From assembly GCA_965249725.1 (NCBI GenBank), contig CBDFMQ010000002.1, forward strand, positions 1,600,001-1,664,000: a DNA stretch of 64,000 nucleotides, read 5' to 3'. This stretch comes from Longimicrobiales bacterium (lineage in GTDB: Bacteria; Gemmatimonadota; Gemmatimonadetes; Longimicrobiales; Gaopeijiaceae). Positions 1-7,975 of this stretch are shown here, piece after piece. Position 1 is the first letter of the stretch. Every line of letters begins with the position of its first letter. The notes under the pieces are model-generated. The model saw only the letters and a list, made by a program, of their open reading frames with translations. It made no database searches and was not told where the DNA came from. A program made the position numbers and the translations under genes.

Positions 1-2177
1 CGCCTGCCGCGGAGATCTACCTCGGTCCGCACCGGGCCCTCCGGAGCGCTCCAGGACACCGAGGCCGAACGTCCCCCGCCCTGATCCGACCCGCCCTGAT
101 CCGACCCGCCCTCGATGGGGTCGAGGTCGGAGAGGGGCACCTTCATCCGGATCCCCGACGCGTCGATGACGGCCCGGTCATCCCGGATCTCCACCACGAC
201 GCCCTTTGGCCCGCCGTCCAACACCCGGACCCGGTCGCCCGCTGCCAGCGCGAAGGCTCCACCGGAGCGCCGCTTGCCGGGCCGCAGCTCCTTCTGACGC
301 CGGGCGGCCTTCTCGACCTTGCTGCGAGCCTCGCGAGCCACCTTATCGAGGTCTTCGGCCGTCTTCGCCTCTTTGACCTCGCGGATCGCGTCCTCCACCT
401 CGCCCCTCGCCTCCATCAGCAGTTGGCGCGCCTCATCCCTGGCCTTTCGTTCGGCCTCACGCTCCTCGTGTCGCAGATCGGACTCACGGTGCTCGAGCTC
501 CGAGCGGAGACCTACCACCACGCTCCTCTCGTGCTCGAGCGACGCCACCAGCTCCCGAGCCTCCTTGTCCTTCCGTTCGAGACGCTCCAGAAGGTCCTCG
601 ATGGACGACTCGCCGCCCGACATCTTCTCGTCGGCACAATCGAGGAGGGACGTCGGAAGGCCGAGCCGGCGGGCGATGGCCAGTCCGTAGCTTCGGCCCG
701 GTCGACCCTTCACGAGCTCATACGTGGGCTCCATGCGATCGGGGTCGAACTGTAGTGACGCGTTGACGATCCCGCTCCCCTCGGTGTCGAGTCGCTTGAG
801 GGCGCCCAGGTGGGAGGTGACGATAGCCATGGCACCACGCTGCACCAGGTGCTCCAGGAGCGCCATGGAGAGAGCCGCTCCTTCCGTGGGGTCCGTCCCC
901 GTTCCCATCTCGTCGAGCAGCACCAGTGACCCGTGATCGGCCTGCTCCGCCACCTCCCGCCAGTTCGCGAGGTGCGCCGAAAACGTGGACAGGCTTTCCG
1001 CGATGGACTGCTCGTCACCGATGTCGGCGAAGAAGGACCGGAAGATGGGGAGGCGAGTGCCTTCGTCGACAGGCGGGATCACGCCACTCTGAGCGAGCGC
1101 CGAGATAAGGCCGACCGACTTCAGGAATACGCTCTTTCCACCCGTGTTGGGTCCTGAGACCACGAGCACGTGCTCCCCGGGGTCGAGGGCGAGGTGGAAC
1201 GGTACCACCTCTTCGTCGGCCGCGGATTGGTCGGCTCCCGAGAGGAGCAGAGGATGCCTCCCCCGAACCACCACCAGCCCCTGGTCGTCCTCGACGAAGA
1301 CAGGGAGCGCGGCCTCCCATTGGCGGGCCGCTCGTGCCCTTGCGTACAGGGAGTCGAACTCGACCAATGCGTCCAGGCTGTCCACCAACGCATCATGGCT
1401 CGGGCGCAGGAGCTGGGTGACCTCGGTGAGGACGCGATGGACCTCGCGGAGTTCCTCACGTTCGAGGGCCCGCAGCTCGTTGGTGAGCGCCAAAGCGACC
1501 GGCGGTTCCACGAACAGCGTTGCGCCCGTGTGGGATTCGTCATGGATGATCCCGCCGACTTCCTTCTTCCCTTCGCGACGGACAGGGACCACGTACCGGC
1601 CCTCGCGAACTCCGATGGAGGCGTCGGCAACCGTATACCGTTCGGGAAGATCACGAACGAACGCCTCCAGCTTCTTGACGATCTTGGAGTGGGCGCTTCT
1701 CAGGCGACCCCGGATCTTCTTCAGATCGGAGCTCGCCGTGTCCAGAACCTCACCCGCGTCGTCGACCGTCTTCTGGACGCGGGCGACCGTCTGCGGATCC
1801 CTGTGAAGCCGATCTGCGAGAAAGCCGAGCTCGGGAAAGTCCTCACGGTGCGCCCCTAGCGAAAGCGCCAATTCACCGGACGAAGCAAGCAGGAGTCCGA
1901 CCCGGTGGAGTCCCAGCGGCTCGAGCACCGACCCCTCCACCCCCAGGTGAGATAGAGCTTCGGCGCAACTCGGAATCGTAGGAGGAGCCCAGGGGGCCAG
2001 AGACTCACTGAATGCCGAGGTCTCGGCTATTCGCCCGAGTTCTCGTTCCAGCCACCCGCGATCGGTGCGCGGCCGCAGAGCGAGGACCGCGTCTCGGCCG
2101 GAGTCGGACGTGGCATGGCCCGCAACCAACTCGAGGACCCGAGGAAAGTCGAGAACGGAGAGGGCGTGTTCGCTCAT
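1..2177 (-). CDS. mutS2: Endonuclease MutS2 (3'-partial, runs off window start)
   Basis: Manually translated from ATG 2177 (MSEHALSVLDFPRVLE); Walker A SGPNTGGKS, FADIGDEQSI..LSTFSAH, LLDEMGTGTDP..EG. Absent from ORF track because there is no stop in the window. Confidence 0.95.
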   Translation of the reverse strand, partial: MSEHALSVLDFPRVLELVAGHATSDSGRDAVLALRPRTDRGWLERELGRIAETSAFSESLAPWAPPTIPSCAEALSHLGVEGSVLEPLGLHRVGLLLASSGELALSLGAHREDFPELGFLADRLHRDPQTVARVQKTVDDAGEVLDTASSDLKKIRGRLRSAHSKIVKKLEAFVRDLPERYTVADASIGVREGRYVVPVRREGKKEVGGIIHDESHTGATLFVEPPVALALTNELRALEREELREVHRVLTEVTQLLRPSHDALVDSLDALVEFDSLYARARAARQWEAALPVFVEDDQGLVVVRGRHPLLLSGADQSAADEEVVPFHLALDPGEHVLVVSGPNTGGKSVFLKSVGLISALAQSGVIPPVDEGTRLPIFRSFFADIGDEQSIAESLSTFSAHLANWREVAEQADHGSLVLLDEMGTGTDPTEGAALSMALLEHLVQRGAMAIVTSHLGALKRLDTEGSGIVNASLQFDPDRMEPTYELVKGRPGRSYGLAIARRLGLPTSLLDCADEKMSGGESSIEDLLERLERKDKEARELVASLEHERSVVVGLRSELEHRESDLRHEEREAERKARDEARQLLMEARGEVEDAIREVKEAKTAEDLDKVAREARSKVEKAARRQKELRPGKRRSGGAFALAAGDRVRVLDGGPKGVVVEIRDDRAVIDASGIRMKVPLSDLDPIEGGSDQGGSDQGGGRSASVSWSAPEGPVRTEVDLRGR
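75..112. repeat. 15-bp tandem repeat CCCGCCCTGATCCGA x2.5 inside mutS2 (GGSDQ)
   Basis: Read directly: 75-89, 90-104, partial 105-112. Confidence 0.85.
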
Positions 2178-2223
2178 CCGGCCAACTCGCGAACGGTCGG
2201 CCCCCGAGGGAGCGGCCCGCCTC

Positions 2224-2661
2224 TCACCCCAGCTCCTCCCGAACGATCCGGTTGGCCTCTTTGCCGTCGAAACGTCCCTTTATTTGAGGCATGACCTGCC
2301 CCATGAGGGCTCCCAACTGGTCGGCTCCTCCGGCGATGGCGCTCTGCACGATCGTGCGCACCTCGGCCTCGGTCATTTGAGGCGGCAGATAAGCCTGGAG
2401 GATTTCGGCCTCCGCCTCCTCCTTGTCCGCCAATTCAGGTCGTCCACCGGCTCTCATCTGCTCGGAAGCGTCGCGTCGCTGCTTGATGGCCCGTCCGACC
2501 ACCGCCTCGACACCGGCCTGATCCAACTCACTCCGCTGCTCGATCTCGCGGTTCTTGACCTCGGAGAGGAGCGTGGTGATCACCACAGTCCGTAGCTTAT
2601 CTCGTGCCTTGCGGGCTTCGATCAGGTCACTCTGGATCTGCTGCTTTAGATCTGTCGACAT
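2224..2661 (-). CDS. yqeY: GatB/YqeY domain protein
   Basis: MSTDLKQQIQSDLIEARKARDK...KQRRDASEQM..GGRPELADKEEAEAEILQAYLP..GRFDGK; start moved to ATG 2661. Confidence 0.9.
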   Translation of the reverse strand: MSTDLKQQIQSDLIEARKARDKLRTVVITTLLSEVKNREIEQRSELDQAGVEAVVGRAIKQRRDASEQMRAGGRPELADKEEAEAEILQAYLPPQMTEAEVRTIVQSAIAGGADQLGALMGQVMPQIKGRFDGKEANRIVREELG

Positions 2662-2668
2662 GGGGCTG

Positions 2669-2697
2669 AAGCTACCCGAAGCTCCTGGGGGGGTCAA
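2669..2697 (-). promoter_or_regulatory. Putative sigma70 promoter TTGACC-N17-TAGCTT
   Basis: Minus strand: -35 at 2697-2692, 17-nt spacer, -10 at 2674-2669, 7 nt before the yqeY ATG. Confidence 0.5.
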
Positions 2698-2816
2698 CGC
2701 GATGAGCAGGCGACACTCAACCTGAAAATCCGCGTCCCTTCTAGCTATTCGGCTGCCCTGGAAAACGTCGTATTCGTATCTCCCCTTACCCATCCATCAC
2801 GCGGCCAGGAGGCCCG

Positions 2817-3278
2817 ATGAAGACCATGTCGGAGCACGTCCAGGAGATTCTGTGGCGCTCGGTTTCGCCCGCTCTACCACTGCCGACGCTGATCGAGGCG
2901 CTCGAACGTGAGACGGTCACGACCACCGGCGGCCCCTTAAGCGTGCTGCGTGAACTCCGGCGCAGCCCCGAGCTCTTTCGGGTGCTCGATCCGTGTGTGG
3001 GACCCTGGAGAGGCCGATGGGCGATCACGGGGCAGGACCCGGTCTGGACTCCCGACCTGTGGGTCCTCGGCCTGAGCCCCCGGAAGAGATCCTGTTCACC
3101 TATCCGGGCTCGACTGTCGGAGACCTTGCGTTCCTTGGGACGTCGAGTGGATCAAGGCTCCGCAATGGCTACGGCTCGCTGGTCACTCCTCATGGCGCGG
3201 GAGTCCACCGTCTTTGCCGGAGCTGCGGCCTCTACGAGCCCCGCGCAGGTGTGCACCACCGTGTGCACCGCCGTGTGA
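2817..3278 (+). CDS. Hypothetical protein (153 aa)
   Basis: Strong SD AGGAGG just upstream of the ATG; fills the gap between yqeY and prmA; no family recognised. Confidence 0.65.
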   Translation: MKTMSEHVQEILWRSVSPALPLPTLIEALERETVTTTGGPLSVLRELRRSPELFRVLDPCVGPWRGRWAITGQDPVWTPDLWVLGLSPRKRSCSPIRARLSETLRSLGRRVDQGSAMATARWSLLMARESTVFAGAAASTSPAQVCTTVCTAV

Positions 3279-4167
3279 ACCACCCGCTTCGCCACTCGCC
3301 GTCGCTGTCCATCGCCTCGAGTGAGAATCCGGCGTCGGCGACAGCACCGACCATCAAGGACCACTCCTCGGCCAGAATGCCACTCAGGATCATCCACCCG
3401 TCCGGCTCGAGGGCCTGCGTGAAGCTCGCCAGCAGGGGCAGTAGGACGCCCGTCTGGATGTTGGCCAAGATCCCGTCGAAAGGCCCCTTGGCGACCACCC
3501 AGTCGGGACTCACGGAGGCCCTCTCGACCATCACACGGTCCTCAACCCCGTTGTCCGCCACGTTCTCCACGGCCGCCTCGGTGGCGTAAGGGTCCAGGTC
3601 GACCGCCAGCACCCGCGCCGCACCCAAGCGGGCCGCCGCGATGGCCAGGATCGCGGATCCGCAGCCGGCGTCCAAGGGGTTGTCTCCAGAGGAGAGTGCC
3701 CCTTCCAGCAGCCGCAAGGCGCCCCGTGTGGTCCCGTGCTCCGCTGTGCCGAAGGCCATTCCGGGGTCGATGATGACCACGACGGAGTCCTCGTCCGCGA
3801 TCTCATCGGCGTCGCTCACGCACCAGCTCGGCGAGACGATGAGTCGATCGGTGAGTTTCCGCGGACCCAGGCCTTGTTTCCAGGTGGACGCCCAGTCTTC
3901 GTGCGCTTGCCAAGCCCATTCGAGCTCCAGGTCCTCGAGGCCGGTGGCTTCCTGAAGGCTCGCCCGCACCTTCCCGAGAAACTCCTCCGGCTCGTCCGGG
4001 GGTGGAAGATGGGTGATCAGCGCACCGTCTCGCTCTTCTACCGCACGTGCGCCGAGAGCCATCAAGGGCTCGACCAGGAAGTCGGAGCCGTAGGGAGAGT
4101 TGGAGCGTACCGAGAGCATGAACCAGCGCTCGGGGACGGTCCCAGAGGGACCCTCCGGGTCACTCAT
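3232..4167 (-). CDS. prmA: Ribosomal protein L11 methyltransferase
   Basis: EDWASTWK, IDPGMAFGTAEHGTT, LDAGCGSAILAI, ANI, LSGIL; ATG 4167 overlaps the dnaJ stop (ATGA). Confidence 0.95.
   Translation of the reverse strand: MSDPEGPSGTVPERWFMLSVRSNSPYGSDFLVEPLMALGARAVEERDGALITHLPPPDEPEEFLGKVRASLQEATGLEDLELEWAWQAHEDWASTWKQGLGPRKLTDRLIVSPSWCVSDADEIADEDSVVVIIDPGMAFGTAEHGTTRGALRLLEGALSSGDNPLDAGCGSAILAIAAARLGAARVLAVDLDPYATEAAVENVADNGVEDRVMVERASVSPDWVVAKGPFDGILANIQTGVLLPLLASFTQALEPDGWMILSGILAEEWSLMVGAVADAGFSLEAMDSDGEWRSGWFTRRCTRWCTPARGS
3249..3284. repeat. 12-bp tandem repeat GTGTG(C/A)ACC(A/G)CC x3
   Basis: Units 3249-3260, 3261-3272, 3273-3284, mostly within the convergent overlap of prmA and the + strand ORF. 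Confidence 0.8.
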
Positions 4168-5327
4168 GCCTGCGTGAACGCTTCCTTCACGCGCGACCAC
4201 AGGCTTCTTCGTGACTCTCCCTCGATGTGCTCGGGAGCAGGATCCTCCAGATCGCGCAGCGCCTGAAGTACCTCTTCCTGCTCGACGCTGAGACGATCCG
4301 GCGTCCACACGACGATGCGGATCAGCTGGTCCCCATTGCCTCGGCCGTTGAGTTCGGGCAGCCCACGGCCCCTGAGGCGCAGCACCTCGCCACTCTGGAT
4401 CCCGGGCGGAACGGTGAGCCGGACGCTACCGTCCACGGTCGGAACCTCCACCTCGGCCCCGAGGGCGGCTTGCGAGAAGGTGACCGGCAGCTCGTATCGC
4501 AGATGCGGTCCGTCTCTGACGAAGGGGGTATCGTCTTCGACTTCGAGCAACACGATGATGTCGCCGGCCGGCCCTCCCCGGGGCCCTTGATTGCCTTCCC
4601 CGCGCAGGGTGAGGAAGTTCTCCGACGTCACGCCGGGCGGAATCTCCACATCGATTTCTCGGTGCGTCCGGGTCCGTCCGTCGCCCTTGCACTTGGTGCA
4701 GGGCTCATCGATGACACGACCCTCTCCGGAGCAGGTCCGGCACGGTGCGACGCTGACGAACTGGCCGAACACAGAACGCTGAACGTGCCGCTCCTCTCCG
4801 GAGCCACCACACGTCGTGCAGGCAACGGGGCCTGACCCCTCGGCGGCTCCACTCCCATCGCACGTTTCGCACGACCCCAACACGGCCACTCGGAGCGTCT
4901 TGGTGACTCCCGTCGCCACTTCCAGCAGGGTCAGCGGGACCTTCATCTTGATGGTCTGTCCCTTGCGGTGCGCGCCCGAAGAACTCCTCTGGCGCCCCCC
5001 GAACAGGTCTTCCAGGCCGCCGAAGCCGCCGAAGTCCCGCATGAAGATCTCGACCGCATCCGTGAAGTCGAAGCCGCCGAAACCACCCGATCCACCTGCG
5101 CCTCTCTTGAGGCCCTGCTCACCGTAGCGGTCGTACACCGAGCGCTTTTCGGGATCTCGGAGCACCTCGTACGCCTCCGTGGCCTCCTTGAAGCGTTCCT
5201 CGGTCTCCTTGTCACCGCCCTGGTTCCGATCGGGATGGTACTTGAGCGCGAGCTTGCGGTACGCCTTCTTGACGTCGTCCGCGCCGGCGTCCCTCGGGAG
5301 TCCGAGGAGTTGGTAGTAGTCGGCCAT
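4164..5327 (-). CDS. dnaJ: Chaperone DnaJ
   Basis: J domain with HPD, G/F-rich region, four CxxCxGxG zinc-finger repeats. Confidence 0.98.
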   Translation of the reverse strand: MADYYQLLGLPRDAGADDVKKAYRKLALKYHPDRNQGGDKETEERFKEATEAYEVLRDPEKRSVYDRYGEQGLKRGAGGSGGFGGFDFTDAVEIFMRDFGGFGGLEDLFGGRQRSSSGAHRKGQTIKMKVPLTLLEVATGVTKTLRVAVLGSCETCDGSGAAEGSGPVACTTCGGSGEERHVQRSVFGQFVSVAPCRTCSGEGRVIDEPCTKCKGDGRTRTHREIDVEIPPGVTSENFLTLRGEGNQGPRGGPAGDIIVLLEVEDDTPFVRDGPHLRYELPVTFSQAALGAEVEVPTVDGSVRLTVPPGIQSGEVLRLRGRGLPELNGRGNGDQLIRIVVWTPDRLSVEQEEVLQALRDLEDPAPEHIEGESRRSLWSRVKEAFTQA

Positions 5328-5344
5328 GTGTGGTGTGCGCCCTA

Positions 5345-5647
5345 GAAGGCTGTTGAAGGAGTACAGTGGGCCGCGTAGGGGATGCCACGGCCCCAGATCC
5401 TAGGCGGAGCGACGACGCCATAGCCATCGCTACGGTTAGGAGCTCCAACAACGGAGATGGGGCCGTGCCACCCCAACCCACGAACATGTATGCTCATATC
5501 AACTCGGCCGTTGGGCACAGGGTGGTTGGGCGGTTGATCCGGCGTCTCTCCTCCTCGCCGTAGCTCGGCTACGACTCGTCGTCGTTCCTTGTCTGAACGC
5601 GCGCAAGCACCCTGTGCGCGACCCGCTGTACTCCTTCAAGAGCCTTC
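5345..5647. mobile_element. 303-bp MITE-like non-autonomous element
   Basis: 22-bp terminal inverted repeats (5345-5366 GAAGGCTGTTGAAGGAGTACAG; 5626-5647 reverse complement with 1 mismatch), flanked by CTA direct repeats (5342-5344, 5648-5650); no transposase. Confidence 0.8.
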
Positions 5648-6721
5648 CTAGACGCCGAGGACGCTGTTGACCAGCGTCGAGGTGTAATCGACGATGGCAA
5701 TGACCTTCTCGTAAGGCATCCGCGTGGGTCCGATGACCCCGATGACGCCCTTCAGCCCGCCGACCCGGTACTCCGCCGTCACGAGTGTGAAGTCGGACAG
5801 CGCCTCGGCGGCATGTTCGCCACCGATCGTGATCTGAAGTCCGCCTTGGTGCTCCCGGCTACCGAGGACCTGTGCAAGTAGCTCCCGCTGTTCGGTGAGT
5901 TCGATAAGCCCTTTCAGGCGTTCGCCGCTCGTGAACTCGGGCTGCGCCGCCAGGACGCTGGTCTGTCCGAGATGCACCGCCCCCGCCTGTGGCTGGGACC
6001 ACTCGAACAACTCAGAGCTGGACTGCATGAAGATGTTCAGCAGTTCGCCGGTCTCGGATCGCTCATCGGGCGACGAGTCTCTCAACCGCTCGGGCAACGT
6101 CTCGCGAATCTCCTTCAGCGTCAGGCCGCTCAGCCGCTCGTTCAAAACCTGGGTCACGTTGGTCAGCACGTCGGGCTGGACCTCTCCAGGCAGATCGACG
6201 TAGACGGTCCGCACGAGCCCGCTGCGAATGGTCATGACCATGAGGATCTTGGCGCTCGACACCTGGATCAGCTCGAGGTGCTCGAGAGTGGCATCGGCCA
6301 GGCTGGGAGCGACGGCCACGCCCAACTCCTGGGACAGCAGGCTGAGGGCGCGGATCGAGCGCTGAACCAACCGCTCCACCGCCGACGACCCGGAGGACTC
6401 GATCTCCTTGGCCAGGTGCTCGCGCTCCGCGTCGGTCAGCGCCGCGGGCCGCACGATCCGGTCCACATAGAAGCGGTACGCGTGGTCCGTGGGGATGCGC
6501 CCAGCCGACGTGTGCGGATGGAAGAGATACCCCTTCGTCTCCAGGTCACTCATCGTGTTCCGCACCGTAGCGGGCGACACGCCGAGCTCGAACCTCTTCG
6601 CCACCGTACGGCTCCCGGCCGGTTCGGCGAAGTCCACATACGTGCGGACCACGGCCTCGAGCACCTGACGCTCGCGGTCGGAAAGCTCCTGCCCGACGGG
6701 GTTCGTTCTCTGGAGGGTCAT
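5648..6721 (-). CDS. hrcA: Heat-inducible transcription repressor HrcA
   Basis: EPAGSRTV..VSPATVRNTMSDLE..GYLFHPHTSAGRIPT; C-terminal GVIGPTRMPY. Confidence 0.97.
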   Translation of the reverse strand: MTLQRTNPVGQELSDRERQVLEAVVRTYVDFAEPAGSRTVAKRFELGVSPATVRNTMSDLETKGYLFHPHTSAGRIPTDHAYRFYVDRIVRPAALTDAEREHLAKEIESSGSSAVERLVQRSIRALSLLSQELGVAVAPSLADATLEHLELIQVSSAKILMVMTIRSGLVRTVYVDLPGEVQPDVLTNVTQVLNERLSGLTLKEIRETLPERLRDSSPDERSETGELLNIFMQSSSELFEWSQPQAGAVHLGQTSVLAAQPEFTSGERLKGLIELTEQRELLAQVLGSREHQGGLQITIGGEHAAEALSDFTLVTAEYRVGGLKGVIGVIGPTRMPYEKVIAIVDYTSTLVNSVLGV

Positions 6722-6781
6722 CTACCGGCAGATCCTTGGGACTCGTGACATCGCGTTAGAAGATCGAAGGCCCCTCCCGAC

Positions 6782-7975
6782 CTAGTCAACGGCCGATACG
6801 TCTCGGTCGAGTTCGACGGTCAGGCGATCCATGATCAGCCATCCGGCCGGCGTCAGGCGAACGGTCCCCCGCTCCTCTGTCGCGAGACCGTCTTCGATCC
6901 AGCGCCGCACTCGTTCCTTCGCGGCGTCGGGGAGTGCAACGGTGCTTACACCCCGGCGGGTGCGAAGACCCAACCAGATGCGCTCGAGCCGGACCTTGTC
7001 GGAATCGAGCTCCTCTTGATCGGCCACCGGAGGGCCATCCCCGACCGCCTCTACCCGATAGGCGTCCCAGTCCCGGAGGTTCCACCTCCGCACCGGGTGC
7101 CGGTAGCTGTGCGCCCCGTTTCCGAGCCCCAGATATGGCTCTCCCGACCAGTACACCATGTTGTGGCGTGACGCTCGCCCGGGCCGCGCGAAGTTCGAAA
7201 CCTCGTAGGCCTGATAGCCGGCAGCGATAAGACGTTCCACCGCGGTGAGGTACTCCGATTGGTACTGCTGTTCAGAGGCCACGGACTCTCGACCCTCGGC
7301 CACCGAGCGCCCCAGGGGAGTCCCGGGCTCGACGCTCAAGCCGTAGAGGCTCACATGATCGACATCGAGCCCTAAGACCTGATCGAGATCTTCCTCCAGG
7401 TCGCGGCCCAGGTGCTCCGGAAGCCCGAATATCAGGTCCACGCTGACGTCGTCGAAGCCGGCTGCCCGGGCGACGCGGACCGCTTCTCCCCCTCCGGCGG
7501 CCCCGTGCAGGCGGCCCATCCAACGCAGCGTGGCCTTGTGGAAGCTCTGGACGCCGAGGCTCACCCGATTCACACCCGCGCGCCTCCACCCCTCGGCGAC
7601 CTCACGCGTGAAGCTCTCCGGGTTCGCTTCACTCGTCCACTCGAGCTCGGCGGACTCCAGACGCGTCGCGCCCAACACGCTTCGAAGCCCTGCCATTGCC
7701 GTCGGGCCCAGGAGGGACGGAGTCCCGCCGCCTACATAGAGCGTCTCCAGATTGGCGTCGAGCACGAACTCGCCCTCCTGCTCCAAGGAACGGAGCTCCC
7801 CGCCGATCGCATCGATCCACTCTGCCGGGTCGCCCTGCGGCGCCACTTTGACCGCGAAATCGCAATAGAAGCACCGGCGCGAACAAAAGGGTGCGTGCAC
7901 ATACAGCGAACGGATGCTGCCGCCTGTCGCTACCGGCTCATCGAGTCGAACGGGGCGAAGCGCGTCGGAGCTCAT
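6782..7975 (-). CDS. hemW: Radical SAM heme chaperone HemW (HemN-like)
   Basis: LYVHAPFCSRRCFYCDF, YVGGGTPS, EANP, RVSLGVQSF, YEVSNF; upstream of hrcA. Confidence 0.93.
   Translation of the reverse strand: MSSDALRPVRLDEPVATGGSIRSLYVHAPFCSRRCFYCDFAVKVAPQGDPAEWIDAIGGELRSLEQEGEFVLDANLETLYVGGGTPSLLGPTAMAGLRSVLGATRLESAELEWTSEANPESFTREVAEGWRRAGVNRVSLGVQSFHKATLRWMGRLHGAAGGGEAVRVARAAGFDDVSVDLIFGLPEHLGRDLEEDLDQVLGLDVDHVSLYGLSVEPGTPLGRSVAEGRESVASEQQYQSEYLTAVERLIAAGYQAYEVSNFARPGRASRHNMVYWSGEPYLGLGNGAHSYRHPVRRWNLRDWDAYRVEAVGDGPPVADQEELDSDKVRLERIWLGLRTRRGVSTVALPDAAKERVRRWIEDGLATEERGTVRLTPAGWLIMDRLTVELDRDVSAVD

Noticed and set aside
5212..5563. Short ORFs 5212-5487 (-) and 5366-5563 (+) as genes or a transposase remnant
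   Set aside because: No recognisable motif; the region is better explained by the inverted-repeat element
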